Numbered from the stretch's first letter, positions 8,496 to 17,818 are shown. The stretch: DNA of 19,491 bases from Opitutales bacterium (GCA_040398005.1 JBBAUX010000005.1:88655-108145), one strand, 5' to 3'. The notes: a model not told the origin generated them from the sequence alone. Numbers and translations: made by a program.

Positions 8496-9344
8496 CTATT
8501 TTTTGCCGTAGCCAGCTTCGGGTTTACCGTCCGGGCTGAGACGATTGACTGACCAGAGTAAGCCTCGAGTAATAAAATCAAGATAGCGATTGTCGGCGAC
8601 CGTTTTATTGTCGTGCCCCAACGTTGTACTAAAGATGCGAGTCTTATTAGGTCCGTATAAGTTGGTCCATGCGATGATCGCCTCCACTTTATTTTCTACT
8701 CCAGTTTTTTTGTCCTTCACCATTTGGCTGCCACGCACCAAGGGGGTGATTTGAAAAATTTTAACGTTATTATAGAGCTCTTCGTTGGGGATGGTTATCC
8801 AGTCAGTTAAACCTTTGGTGATAGGACTTTCTTGATTAAAGAATGAAATATCCAAGGCCAACTTAGGGCCGTGACCGTTAGACTGTAGACCAATCATCTC
8901 GTACCAGTGTGCGTTATCGGCGCCTTCGGTGACGGGTTCTTTGTAATTACCCCAGCGATAACTGTGCATTGCGCAGTGGAGATTAACGGCGGGTTTACCA
9001 TCACGGTGAGCTTTTAAAATATTTTCAACGTACGCTGGCTCAGTCACATCGGCCGCACATTCATCATGGATAATCACATCATAGGCATCGGCCCAGTTCG
9101 GTTTTTTATAAGCTTCAAAAATAGGCTTCGTACCTTTGGTATCATTATAAGCGATTTCTACGGTGGCATTAATCCGGGCTTCGATACCATTTTTAATCAC
9201 ATCTTTTTGGGTCGCATAGTCGTGGCAACATCCACCAATCACTAAAAGAACTTTAATCGGCTTGGTCGTCTCTTCTGCGAAGGCGGCGACTGCACCAAAA
9301 GTAATTAAGTAAACCGCGACGATTTTTTTGACGAGTGATAACAT
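8496..9344 (-). CDS. ThuA-like domain protein (class I glutamine amidotransferase-like fold), exported
   Basis: Signal peptide; KVLLVIGGCCHDY, YDVIIHDEC, NLHCAMHSYR, EELY, AWTN, RIFSTTLGH and RGLLW. Confidence 0.85.
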   Translation of the reverse strand: MLSLVKKIVAVYLITFGAVAAFAEETTKPIKVLLVIGGCCHDYATQKDVIKNGIEARINATVEIAYNDTKGTKPIFEAYKKPNWADAYDVIIHDECAADVTEPAYVENILKAHRDGKPAVNLHCAMHSYRWGNYKEPVTEGADNAHWYEMIGLQSNGHGPKLALDISFFNQESPITKGLTDWITIPNEELYNNVKIFQITPLVRGSQMVKDKKTGVENKVEAIIAWTNLYGPNKTRIFSTTLGHDNKTVADNRYLDFITRGLLWSVNRLSPDGKPEAGYGKK

Positions 9345-9346
9345 GA

Positions 9347-9880
9347 CTAGTTTTTAGTAGAAACTTTAGCGGGTTTTAAGGGAAAGTCTTCACCATGCAC
9401 CATTTCGCCTCCGCTGTGTGCAGCGTAGAACATGGTAACAATGGCCATAAATTGCACAATCAGGCGAACCATTCGTGATTTGTGCAGGCAGTACCAAGAG
9501 ATGGATGCCCAGCACGATGTACCTATACCCGCATAGAGGTGCGTCTCGACATCGGTTCCTCCAAATCCATTGAAGTGTCCGTAAATGATTCCGAGTAGGG
9601 CGGCAATCCAAGCGCTCACTGCGCCGGCCATACAAAGTCTGCGCGTGCCGATTTGAGCCAACTCGGTATTGTCGAGCAATTCAAAGAGTGGAACGATGAG
9701 TAGAAATGCGATGGGTATGTGTAGGGCGAGAATATGAAAATTACCTAAGATGGAAATAACGGCTGGTCCGCGGGTTTGTCCGTCCGCTGGCAGAAAACTC
9801 ATCGCCGCAAACAAAAGCAAGACAGGTGCAATTGCTAAAAATAATCTTAGCCAAGTGTTAATTGCGTTTCGCTCACTCAT
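9347..9880 (-). CDS. His-rich polytopic membrane protein (DUF2231-like, putative heme-b binding)
   Basis: About 5 hydrophobic helices; GNFHILALHIPIAFL, ETHLYAG and AAHSGGEMVHGEDF match the N-terminal membrane module of PVC/Bacteroidota cytochrome c fusion proteins. Confidence 0.75.
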   Translation of the reverse strand: MSERNAINTWLRLFLAIAPVLLLFAAMSFLPADGQTRGPAVISILGNFHILALHIPIAFLLIVPLFELLDNTELAQIGTRRLCMAGAVSAWIAALLGIIYGHFNGFGGTDVETHLYAGIGTSCWASISWYCLHKSRMVRLIVQFMAIVTMFYAAHSGGEMVHGEDFPLKPAKVSTKN

Positions 9881-9934
9881 GGGTATCTATTTTTTAATTT
9901 TTATAAGATTAAAGGTCAACCGCCGAAGAAATGT

Positions 9935-9963
9935 AAAAAGTCACTTCAGAGAGCAGACTTTTT
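9935..9963 (-). terminator. Possible intrinsic terminator downstream of the cytochrome c gene
   Basis: AAAAAGTC-13 nt-GACTTTTT inverted repeat starting 18 nt past the stop; the stem is weak. Confidence 0.4.
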
Positions 9964-9981
9964 GATAATTAATTAAGAATG

Positions 9982-10371
9982 TTACTTCGCCAAAATCCAC
10001 GCCTTCAATTTAGCCAATTGCTCGGTAGTCAGAGGTTCGCTTTTAGATTTTTTAGGGGGCATAGCAAGTTCTTCGTCGCGCGCCGTTGCTCCCAGGTGGG
10101 CGAGTCGGTAAAGTGAACTTTTCTCTAAATCGCCCCAAGTGATTCCTGGGCCTTCTGCTTTTCCGCCTTTTTCTAAACCTTCAATCGTTGTGGCATTGAA
10201 TCCTGCCTTAGGTTTTTTTCCGTCCTTACCGTGGCAGCCGATACAGCTCTGATCCAGCATCGGTTTGATTTCCTTATTATAAGTAGCCAGCCGTGCAGTT
10301 GTTTTAGGATCTTCAGCTGCAAAAGATGAAGTAGCTGAAATTAATAGGGCTAGAACGGAAAGACGTTTCAT
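9982..10371 (-). CDS. Stand-alone planctomycete-type monoheme cytochrome c (PSCyt1-like)
   Basis: Signal peptide; IKPMLDQSCIGCHG (CxxCH), GG..GPGI..GD.EKSSLY, MPP axial Met and LTTEQLAKLKAWI. Confidence 0.88.
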   Translation of the reverse strand: MKRLSVLALLISATSSFAAEDPKTTARLATYNKEIKPMLDQSCIGCHGKDGKKPKAGFNATTIEGLEKGGKAEGPGITWGDLEKSSLYRLAHLGATARDEELAMPPKKSKSEPLTTEQLAKLKAWILAK

Positions 10372-10428
10372 GGGGGCTTGGTCATGAGTAATAACCCCTA
10401 TTTTCTGCCAAAGTTCCAGACAAAAACT

Positions 10429-11736
10429 CTAACTTCTCACTGCCCAAGGCAGGAAAGTGCTCTGTAGGCGTTCCGGTACCACTGCAACAATACGCGTCCC
10501 TGTCTCATCCGCTTTTGCAGAAAGAATCGAGGCCGAAGCGTATAACTTAGAAAGTTGGCTATACTCAGCGTGAGGGATAAAAAGATTTAACTTCAAATCA
10601 TTTTCTGACGCACAGTCTTCGAGTGTTTGTAAAAGTCTTGGCAGTCCTTCGCCGGTGATGGTGCTGATAATGATAGCTCCCGGGTGTGCCGCAAGCGCCT
10701 CAGCCCGTGTGGCTTCATCAACTATGTCTGCTTTATTTAAAAGGGTGATGATCGGTCGATCGCCCGCTCCGATATCCATCAACACATTCAAAGTGGTTTG
10801 CGCATGCTTAACGCGTTCGGGAGACGACAGGTCGACTACGTGTAATAAAAAATCGGCCTGCACGGCTTCTTCCAAGGTCGCTTTAAAAGCTTCCACCAGT
10901 TGGTGGGGGAGGCGACGCACAAAACCCACGGTGTCTGTCAAAAGTACGGCACGACCTGAGGGTAATTTTAATCTTCGCGTGGTTGGATCCAACGTCGCAA
11001 ATAATTTATCCTCTGCCAAAACATCAGCCCCCGTGAGACGATTGAGCAGCGAGGATTTTCCAGCGTTCGTATAGCCCACAATAGAAAAGGAGGGTAACGG
11101 AATGCGGTGCCGTTGTTTGCGTTGCGTCGCACGTTGCGCTACGACCGCCGCGAGATCGCGTCGCACTTTCGCAATCTTATCACGGATTTTTCGTTGATCC
11201 ATTTCCATCTGCGTTTCACCCGCGTCACGCTGCATCGCACCGCCGCCACGTTGACGATCCAAGTGCGACCAGAGTCTTTTTAGTCGCGGTAACTGTTGTT
11301 GTAATTTTGCTAATTCGACCTGTAAAACTGCCTCTTTGGTCTTAGCCCGAGTGACAAATATATCTAAGATGATTTCTTGTCGGTCGATGGCTTTGAGTCC
11401 GCCCGAATCTTTTTCCCAATTGCGTTGTTGGGCCGGAGTCAGCGCATCATCAAAAATAATCAGGCCACATTCTTTAGATTTCGCGAGCGCGACAATTTCT
11501 TCCATTTTACCCGAGCCTACTAAATGCCTTGGACTCTCTTCGCGAATTCTGGCGATGACCGCGTCGCGAATTTCAACCCCAAGATTACTCACGAGCTCAT
11601 GGAGTTCGTTGAGTAAGGCTTGAGATTCCTCGGCCGTATCTTCTTGGCGCTGTAGACCTACCAAGATAGCACGATTACTCCGGGCAATAACTTCCGGATC
11701 GTACGGATCGAAGGCTTTAGGTTTTTCGTCAGCCAC
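10429..11736 (-). CDS. hflX: Ribosome-splitting GTPase HflX
   Basis: GSGK, LTPAQQRN, DRQEIILDIF..RA.TKEA.LQVELA, GETQME.D, G1 GYTNAGKS, G2 LFATLDPTTR, G3 DTVGF and G4 NKAD; GTG start. Confidence 0.96.
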   Translation of the reverse strand: MADEKPKAFDPYDPEVIARSNRAILVGLQRQEDTAEESQALLNELHELVSNLGVEIRDAVIARIREESPRHLVGSGKMEEIVALAKSKECGLIIFDDALTPAQQRNWEKDSGGLKAIDRQEIILDIFVTRAKTKEAVLQVELAKLQQQLPRLKRLWSHLDRQRGGGAMQRDAGETQMEMDQRKIRDKIAKVRRDLAAVVAQRATQRKQRHRIPLPSFSIVGYTNAGKSSLLNRLTGADVLAEDKLFATLDPTTRRLKLPSGRAVLLTDTVGFVRRLPHQLVEAFKATLEEAVQADFLLHVVDLSSPERVKHAQTTLNVLMDIGAGDRPIITLLNKADIVDEATRAEALAAHPGAIIISTITGEGLPRLLQTLEDCASENDLKLNLFIPHAEYSQLSKLYASASILSAKADETGTRIVAVVPERLQSTFLPWAVRS

Positions 11737-11742
11737 TAAAAA

Positions 11743-12369
11743 TTAAATCAGACCGAGTTGCATTTTGCCGTCTTCGGAAATCATCGACTGGGTCCAAGGT
11801 GGATCCCAAACGATGCTCACTTGCGCACGATTCACACCGGGCACCGTTAAAATTCGATTACGTGCATCTTCGGCAATCACTGGACCCATCCCACAGCCGG
11901 GTGCTGTAAGCGTCATGGCCACTGTGACGCTATGATTATCGGGCGAACCATCAATCGATTCTATCTGCAAGGAATACACTAAGCCCAGATCAACAATGTT
12001 CACGGGAATTTCCGGATCAAAAACGGTCTTGAGCTGAGTCCAAATGGTTTCGTCGCTGGGTTTGCCTTGGTGTCCAGGGTGCTCGGCTGTTCCGATAGAG
12101 CCATGGGCATCGGTCTTACCTTCTGCTTCATTCGAATCGGTCGGAATGGATTCACTGAGAGAGTCGGCATCGGAACCGCGAATACGGAACATGCCCGAAT
12201 CACAGACTACCGTGAAATTACCACCGAGACGATGGGTGATGCTGACTTTGGTGCCCGCAGGTAAGACGGCAGGTTCGCCCGCAGGAATGACGGTGGCCTG
12301 CACATCACGCGTGAGGGTACGGTCGTGGGGACTCGGAATGTGACGCTGGCCTGTGGTGTCTTCGGACAT
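11743..12369 (-). CDS. sufT: Fe-S assembly protein SufT, long form (DUF59/PaaD-like)
   Basis: N-terminal LGGNFTV...MFRI.G.DAD; DUF59 core [26 protein letters not shown] and WDPPW; adjacent to sufD. Confidence 0.9.
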   Translation of the reverse strand: MSEDTTGQRHIPSPHDRTLTRDVQATVIPAGEPAVLPAGTKVSITHRLGGNFTVVCDSGMFRIRGSDADSLSESIPTDSNEAEGKTDAHGSIGTAEHPGHQGKPSDETIWTQLKTVFDPEIPVNIVDLGLVYSLQIESIDGSPDNHSVTVAMTLTAPGCGMGPVIAEDARNRILTVPGVNRAQVSIVWDPPWTQSMISEDGKMQLGLI

Positions 12370-12370
12370 A

Positions 12371-13696
12371 TTAGGATTGATGAAATTTTTGACGGAACAT
12401 TTCTCTTACGACCGAGGCAGATTCTTCGTCATCTACTTTAGATAAAACTTCTTCGAGGAAACCTTCGGCGAGTAATTCTTGAGCCACCGAGAGGGGAATA
12501 CCGCGGGCTAAAAGATAAAAGAGCTCTTCCGGATTTACTTGGCCAGTAGTCGCCCCGTGCGAACATTTCACGTCATTCGCTTCGATTTCTAAACCAGGCA
12601 TCGAATCGGCTTCCGCTTCGCCCGAGAGCAAGAGATTGCGATTGGTTTGATACGCATCCGTTTGCTGAGCATCGGGCGCAACTTTAATCAGACCCGAGAA
12701 AATGGTTCGAGATTTACCGAGTAACACATTCTTAAAGAGTAAATCTGACTTCGCTTTGCCAGCATTGTGGATTTGCAGCGTACGTTGGTCGAATTCTTGT
12801 TCACCCGTGGCCACGCTGATACCATAGAGACGAACATCGGCACCAGGACCTTCAATACGCACAGTATTTTCAAGACGTGCACGACGACTGCCCAGCGCGG
12901 CATTGACTGATGAAATGAGTGAGTCCTTCGCACCGCTAGTATTAGCGATTTCGAATGATTGTGTTTCCGTGCTCCAACCTTGAACGGAGAAGCGAGAAAT
13001 ATTGGCACCCGAGCCAGCATAAAGATCGGCGGCTGAAATGGCTAATGCCTTCGTGTTTGGCTTAGCGCTTAAATTATATTCGTGGACAGATACTTTTGCA
13101 CGATCATCAGCGATGACTAAGGTGTGAGGGAAGATGGCGACACCTTCAGTGAGCGTCCAATTGACGGACACAAAGGGCTGTTTGATTTCAACACCCTTCG
13201 GTACATGAAGAACATATCCGGACTGAAGGTACGCTTGGTGGAGTGCTAAAAACTTCGCACCGCCTAAACCCGCTTCGTGTTTCAATAAAAATTCCTTTAA
13301 AAGAGCAGGGTGGTGTTTGAGTGCGTCTTGAAGTGATTCGAATTTCACACCTTGCGCGGCGAGCTCAGCACTGATGGCGGGACGGAGGACGCAATGTCCG
13401 TCGACGTGGATGATGAGTCCGGCAGGTCGAGAAATAAAATGAGACTGTGCAATTAACTGATTTACTTCGTCTTCGCTGGGGATTTTTCCGATATGATAGT
13501 TTTCTAAACTGAGTGAACGTGTATCGGAATAACGCCATTTTTCATCAGTGCGAATGGGCATAGGCAGGGCGGTGAATTTTTCCCATCCCTTTTGTTTTAA
13601 TTGGACAAACCAGTCGTGACCGACCTGTGCTTGCGACAGATTCTTCTGGGTCGCCTGATCGAGAATATTAACGGCGGAAGTAGAGAGAGTAGTCAT
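12371..13696 (-). CDS. sufD: Fe-S cluster assembly protein SufD
   Basis: [39 protein letters not shown] and FYLLARGI. Confidence 0.93.
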   Translation of the reverse strand: MTTLSTSAVNILDQATQKNLSQAQVGHDWFVQLKQKGWEKFTALPMPIRTDEKWRYSDTRSLSLENYHIGKIPSEDEVNQLIAQSHFISRPAGLIIHVDGHCVLRPAISAELAAQGVKFESLQDALKHHPALLKEFLLKHEAGLGGAKFLALHQAYLQSGYVLHVPKGVEIKQPFVSVNWTLTEGVAIFPHTLVIADDRAKVSVHEYNLSAKPNTKALAISAADLYAGSGANISRFSVQGWSTETQSFEIANTSGAKDSLISSVNAALGSRRARLENTVRIEGPGADVRLYGISVATGEQEFDQRTLQIHNAGKAKSDLLFKNVLLGKSRTIFSGLIKVAPDAQQTDAYQTNRNLLLSGEAEADSMPGLEIEANDVKCSHGATTGQVNPEELFYLLARGIPLSVAQELLAEGFLEEVLSKVDDEESASVVREMFRQKFHQS

Positions 13697-13698
13697 AA

Positions 13699-15126
13699 TT
13701 ATCCGACGGACCCTTCCATTTGTAATTCAATCAGACGTTTTAATTCTACCGAGTATTCCATCGGGAATTCTTTGACTAAATCATTCACGAATCCGTTGAC
13801 GGCGAGGGACATCGCTTCGCCTTCTGAGAGTCCGCGCTGCATCATATAGAAAATCTGTTCAGCGGAGACTTTAGAAACACTGGCTTCGTGTTGCACGAAG
13901 TTTTTCTGACCGCGAACGGAAATCGCTGGATAAGTGTCGGTGCGACTATGCTCATTGATTAAGAGCGCGTCACACTCGGTATTATTTTTACAGTTTCTAA
14001 GAGTCTTGGGCATGTGCACGAGACCACGATAGGTCGAACGACCTGTACCCACGGAGATAGACTTGGCGATGATGTTAGAAGTAGTTTCATCGGCGGCGTG
14101 AATCATTTTCGCGCCAGTATCTTGGTGCTGTCCGTCATTTGCTAAAGCAATCGAGAGCACTTCGCCACGGGCTCGTTTGCCGCGTAAGACAACGCCAGGA
14201 TATTTCATCGTGAGGCGTGAGCCGATATTACAATCAATCCAGCGAACTTCCGCGTCTTCTTCGGCAACACCACGTTTGGTCACTAAGTTAAATACATTAG
14301 CGGACCAGTTTTGTACGGTGATGTACTGAATTTTGGCACCTTTGAGTGCGACTAATTCGACCACGGCTGAGTGTAAGGTCGCCGTTTCAAATTTAGGAGC
14401 CGTGCAACCTTCCATGTAAGTGATTTCGGATCCTTCGTCTGCGATGATGAGCGTACGTTCGAATTGTCCGAAGTTTTCGGCGTTGATACGGAAGTAAGCT
14501 TGGAGGGGCTGAGCGACTTTGACGCCTTTAGGAACGTAGATAAATGAACCACCTGAGAACACTGCGGAATTGAGTGCGGAGAATTTGTTATCACCGATGG
14601 GGATCACTTTACCGAACCACTTGCGGAAAATCTCAGGGTGATCGCGCAGGCCTTCGGTCGGTCCACAGAAGATGACGCCGAGTTTCGACATTTCATCTTT
14701 CATGCGAGAGTACACGGCTTCGGAGTCGAATTGTGCTTCGACGCCAGCGAGGAATTTTCTTTCCGCTTCGGGAATGCCGAGGCGTTCGAAAGTTTCTTTA
14801 ACGTCATCGGGAACTTCTTCCCAGGTGCGACTCACTTTTTGTCCTTTCGAAAGGTAATAGCGAATCTTGTCGAAATGAATATTTTTTAAGTCGTCCGTCG
14901 CCCAGTGGGTGGGCATAGGCATATCGGTGAATGTTTTCAGCGCTTTTAAGCGGAACTCACGAATCCATGATTCTTCACCTTTCACATCGGCAATGTAGTT
15001 AACGACTTTTTCCGATAGGCCGATGCCGGCATCGAAGGCATAATTTTCTTCGTATTTAAAATCACCCTTCGTGCGATCGACATCGATCGCTTCGCGTTGG
15101 GCTTGAGTGTCGTCGAATTGGGACAT
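13699..15126 (-). CDS. sufB: Fe-S cluster assembly scaffold SufB
   Basis: [76 protein letters not shown] and FPMEY...EGSVG; no intein-sized insertion. Confidence 0.97.
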   Translation of the reverse strand: MSQFDDTQAQREAIDVDRTKGDFKYEENYAFDAGIGLSEKVVNYIADVKGEESWIREFRLKALKTFTDMPMPTHWATDDLKNIHFDKIRYYLSKGQKVSRTWEEVPDDVKETFERLGIPEAERKFLAGVEAQFDSEAVYSRMKDEMSKLGVIFCGPTEGLRDHPEIFRKWFGKVIPIGDNKFSALNSAVFSGGSFIYVPKGVKVAQPLQAYFRINAENFGQFERTLIIADEGSEITYMEGCTAPKFETATLHSAVVELVALKGAKIQYITVQNWSANVFNLVTKRGVAEEDAEVRWIDCNIGSRLTMKYPGVVLRGKRARGEVLSIALANDGQHQDTGAKMIHAADETTSNIIAKSISVGTGRSTYRGLVHMPKTLRNCKNNTECDALLINEHSRTDTYPAISVRGQKNFVQHEASVSKVSAEQIFYMMQRGLSEGEAMSLAVNGFVNDLVKEFPMEYSVELKRLIELQMEGSVG

Positions 15127-15130
15127 TTTA

Positions 15131-15889
15131 TTAGGCGTTGGCTAAATCTTTTTTAACCCACTCGTAGCCTTTTGCTTCGAGTTCAATCGCAAGTTCTTTG
15201 CCACCGCTGTGAACAATGCGTCCGTCGTACATGATGTGAACGCGATCGGGTACAATGTATTCGAGGAGGCGTTGATAGTGAGTGATCACCAGGAAGCCCA
15301 TGTCAGGTCCGCGCATGTGATTAACACCGTCGGAGACGATACGCAGGGCGTCGATATCGAGGCCGGAATCGGTTTCATCCAGCACGGCATACTTTGGCTT
15401 GAGCATCATGAGCTGAAGAATTTCGCAGCGCTTTTTTTCGCCGCCCGAGAAACCTTCGTTCACGAATCGCGCCGTAAATTTGCGATCCATTTTTAGAGCG
15501 TCCATCTTGGCGTAGAGTTCAGCGTAGTAGGCTTTAGCGTTGAAGGGTGCACCCTTAGCTTGGCGAGCAACAATGGCCGCGCGAATGAAGTTAGCGATGG
15601 TCACGCCAGGGATTTCGCTCGGGTATTGAAACGCGAGGAAAAGGCCCGCACGGGCAATGGCATCGGGCTCTTGGCCGATGATTTGTTCACCGTCGATAAA
15701 AGCTTCGCCGGATTGAACAGAATAGTCGGGGTGGCCTGCTAAAACTTTAGCGAGGGTGCTTTTACCTGTGCCATTGGGTCCCATGATGGCGTGCACTTCA
15801 CCTTTGGGTACGGTCAAAGAAAAATCTTTGAGAATCGCACGTTCGCCGATGGAGGCGTTGAGGTTTTTGATGACGAGAGAGTCGGGCAT
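15131..15889 (-). CDS. sufC: Fe-S cluster assembly ATPase SufC
   Basis: [52 protein letters not shown] and ITHYQRLL. The likely start is ATG 15889 ([10 protein letters not shown]), 7 nt after the regulator stop. Confidence 0.97.
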   Translation of the reverse strand: MPDSLVIKNLNASIGERAILKDFSLTVPKGEVHAIMGPNGTGKSTLAKVLAGHPDYSVQSGEAFIDGEQIIGQEPDAIARAGLFLAFQYPSEIPGVTIANFIRAAIVARQAKGAPFNAKAYYAELYAKMDALKMDRKFTARFVNEGFSGGEKKRCEILQLMMLKPKYAVLDETDSGLDIDALRIVSDGVNHMRGPDMGFLVITHYQRLLEYIVPDRVHIMYDGRIVHSGGKELAIELEAKGYEWVKKDLANA

Positions 15890-15896
15890 GTTAAAA

Positions 15897-16337
15897 TTAA
15901 TTTTGGGTGGAAGATTTGGTGCGACCTTGGAAACTGATTTCGATCGTTTCCGTTTCAAAGTTAGCGGGTAAGATTTTGGTTAATTGATCCAAAATTTCTT
16001 TGGGGAGTTCGATATCATGCACGCGGCCGGTGGACTCATCGCGGAAGTGGGCATGCGGGGCGAGGTTGGGGCAGTAGCGGGTGGATTCACGTTCGTGATT
16101 CACTTGGCGGACAAGGCCGCAACCTACGAAAGTTTCCAGACAGTTGTAGACTGTGGCGAGTGACAGACCTGGCATCGTTTCTAAAGCGCGATTATAAACT
16201 TCGTCGACGGTCGGGTGATCGCGTTGGGCCAAAAGAACCGTGTACACAATCTCACGTTGCGGGGTGATTTTTTGTCCGCTTTTTGCGAGAGCTTCGTGTA
16301 GAGAGTCCCGATCGTGCTTATTGAGATTTTGAATCAT
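15897..16337 (-). CDS. Fur-family transcriptional regulator (Irr/PerR-like)
   Basis: [28 protein letters not shown]...GLV and HAHF...TGRVHDI; no CxxC motifs. Confidence 0.9.
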   Translation of the reverse strand: MIQNLNKHDRDSLHEALAKSGQKITPQREIVYTVLLAQRDHPTVDEVYNRALETMPGLSLATVYNCLETFVGCGLVRQVNHERESTRYCPNLAPHAHFRDESTGRVHDIELPKEILDQLTKILPANFETETIEISFQGRTKSSTQN

Positions 16338-16343
16338 TCTAAA
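16327..16343. promoter_or_regulatory. Fur-family operator candidate 1, TTTTGAA-TCA-TTCTAAA, covering the regulator start codon
   Basis: One mismatch from the Irr ICE consensus TTTAGAA-N3-TTCTAAA; centre at 16335. Confidence 0.65.
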
Positions 16344-16353
16344 CGACTAATGA

Positions 16354-16370
16354 GTTGGAATGATTCCAAG
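16354..16370. promoter_or_regulatory. Fur-family operator candidate 2, perfect 7-1-7 palindrome TTGGAAT-G-ATTCCAA
   Basis: Perfect inverted repeat at 16355-16369, immediately downstream (minus strand) of a TTGCAA -35-like hexamer at 16371-16376. Confidence 0.7.
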
Positions 16371-16424
16371 TTGCAAGTTAAACCTAGTCTAAAACCTTGG
16401 AAAATAGCCTATTTACCCAAAATG

Positions 16425-17084
16425 CTAATTTAGCCCGAGATTAGGGGGCTTAATTTCGTCATCGAGGTCTTTTTGGGCAGTTAAAGCGGAAAGGACTTCG
16501 GCGACTTTGGCGATTCGTTTGATGGGTGACAGGCACTCGAGGAGTTCACGTCGGATATCCGTTTGCGCGACAAGGTGACCGGCGACGGCATCGGCTAATG
16601 CGCCTGGCTTATTGGCCAGTCCGCGGAAGCGATCGAGGAGCGGTTGGACGTCCTCTTCAGCATCAGACAAAAGATGTTCGGTGAAGGCGAGAGTTCGGGC
16701 GATTTCGCGGGTGAAGGCGATGGAGTCAGCCTCATCTTCGTCGATCACTGGGCTGATTTCTAAAAGCGGGTAGGGCCCTTCGTGCGAAATTGAGTGAACT
16801 TTAGCGCGTCTTAATCCTTCTAAAATGATTTGGTGGGTACCATCGTCTAATTCAAGATGTCCGGTAATCCTGCCTACGCAGGTAAAGGGGTAAGGCTGCT
16901 CCTGTTTAGTTTTAGAAGTCTTCGCTTTATCTAATTGAGAGACCGCAAACATTTGATTTCCCGCTAAAGCTGCTTTGAGCATTCGTTGGTAGCGCGGCTC
17001 GAAAATGCGCAAAGGCAGAAGCTGTTGAGGCAGAAAAACACAATGTGCCATTGTCATGACTGGTACGACGATAGTGGTTTTCAT
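16425..17084 (-). CDS. Stand-alone LON peptidase N-terminal (substrate-binding) domain protein
   Basis: VFLP..LLPLRIFEPRY..M, CVGRI, LDDG...IILEGLRR, GPYP and RELLE.LSP.KR; no AAA+ or protease domain. Confidence 0.88.
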   Translation of the reverse strand: MKTTIVVPVMTMAHCVFLPQQLLPLRIFEPRYQRMLKAALAGNQMFAVSQLDKAKTSKTKQEQPYPFTCVGRITGHLELDDGTHQIILEGLRRAKVHSISHEGPYPLLEISPVIDEDEADSIAFTREIARTLAFTEHLLSDAEEDVQPLLDRFRGLANKPGALADAVAGHLVAQTDIRRELLECLSPIKRIAKVAEVLSALTAQKDLDDEIKPPNLGLN

Positions 17085-17141
17085 TAGGACAATTTACGCA
17101 TAGCCCCATGAGTGCAAATCAAACGTCCAAAAAACTAAACT

Positions 17142-17816
17142 TTAAGACACTCTCTCAAAGATGGCAAAACCGTTACGTAGGGCTACCTCACGAGCGATTA
17201 TTTTATAACCCGGGTGGTTTAAGAGCAGTTGGTGGGACTGAAAATTCTTAAATGCATTGATATCATCTAGGGCGATGATTTTTGCACCAATCACTGCACT
17301 AAGTTCGGCACTTCCGGTAAACTCTGAACCATCAATCAAAACCATATCAAAAAATTCGATACCTTGATCTTTTTTAATGAAATCAATACCACACGCATCA
17401 AGGCCACTGCTTGCGATGTAGTTAAGATCTTGTTCGAGCCAGCCGAGCACTTGTTCTAAGGGGTAAAGATTAAGATTAGTCTTAAAATTTTGATAAAAAT
17501 GGATGACCGCCTCTTTCGAGGGAAACTGGTTAATGCTGACAGAAGAAAGGCGATAGGGTTTAACGAAAGAATCATTTTTGTAATTTTCGGCTAATTTCTC
17601 AAAACGGGCCTGACTGATTTCCATACAAAATAGTTTAACGGAATTTTGATCGGGTCTTTGTCGGATGGCCTTGACGAAGGCATCGGTGCTCCCTTCTCCG
17701 CTTGAAGAACCTATTTCTAAAATCGTTTTAATATCTGATCGGCTGGCACAATGAACCAAGGAATGATAGAAATTATCATCTAAAACCTCGGGTGGAATGA
17801 TTTTGTCATTAGACAT
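17142..17816 (-). CDS. Class I SAM-dependent methyltransferase-like protein, probably glycan-associated
   Basis: ILEIGSSSGEGST motif I, acidic residue after strand 2 (CMEIS), FDMVLIDGSEF and LDD. Confidence 0.65.
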   Translation of the reverse strand: MSNDKIIPPEVLDDNFYHSLVHCASRSDIKTILEIGSSSGEGSTDAFVKAIRQRPDQNSVKLFCMEISQARFEKLAENYKNDSFVKPYRLSSVSINQFPSKEAVIHFYQNFKTNLNLYPLEQVLGWLEQDLNYIASSGLDACGIDFIKKDQGIEFFDMVLIDGSEFTGSAELSAVIGAKIIALDDINAFKNFQSHQLLLNHPGYKIIAREVALRNGFAIFERVS

Positions 17817-17818
17817 AT

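Noticed and set aside
13699..15126. Intein in SufB
   Set aside because: The length (475 aa) is normal and the motifs are contiguous.
15890..15958. N-terminal extension of SufC overlapping the regulator gene
   Set aside because: SufC similarity begins at ATG 15889; the TTG-started extension is only an open frame across the regulator's 3' end.
16425..17084. Truncated lon protease pseudogene
   Set aside because: Stand-alone LON N-domain proteins with the LPLxIFEPRY motif are a known intact family, and no AAA+ remnant follows.
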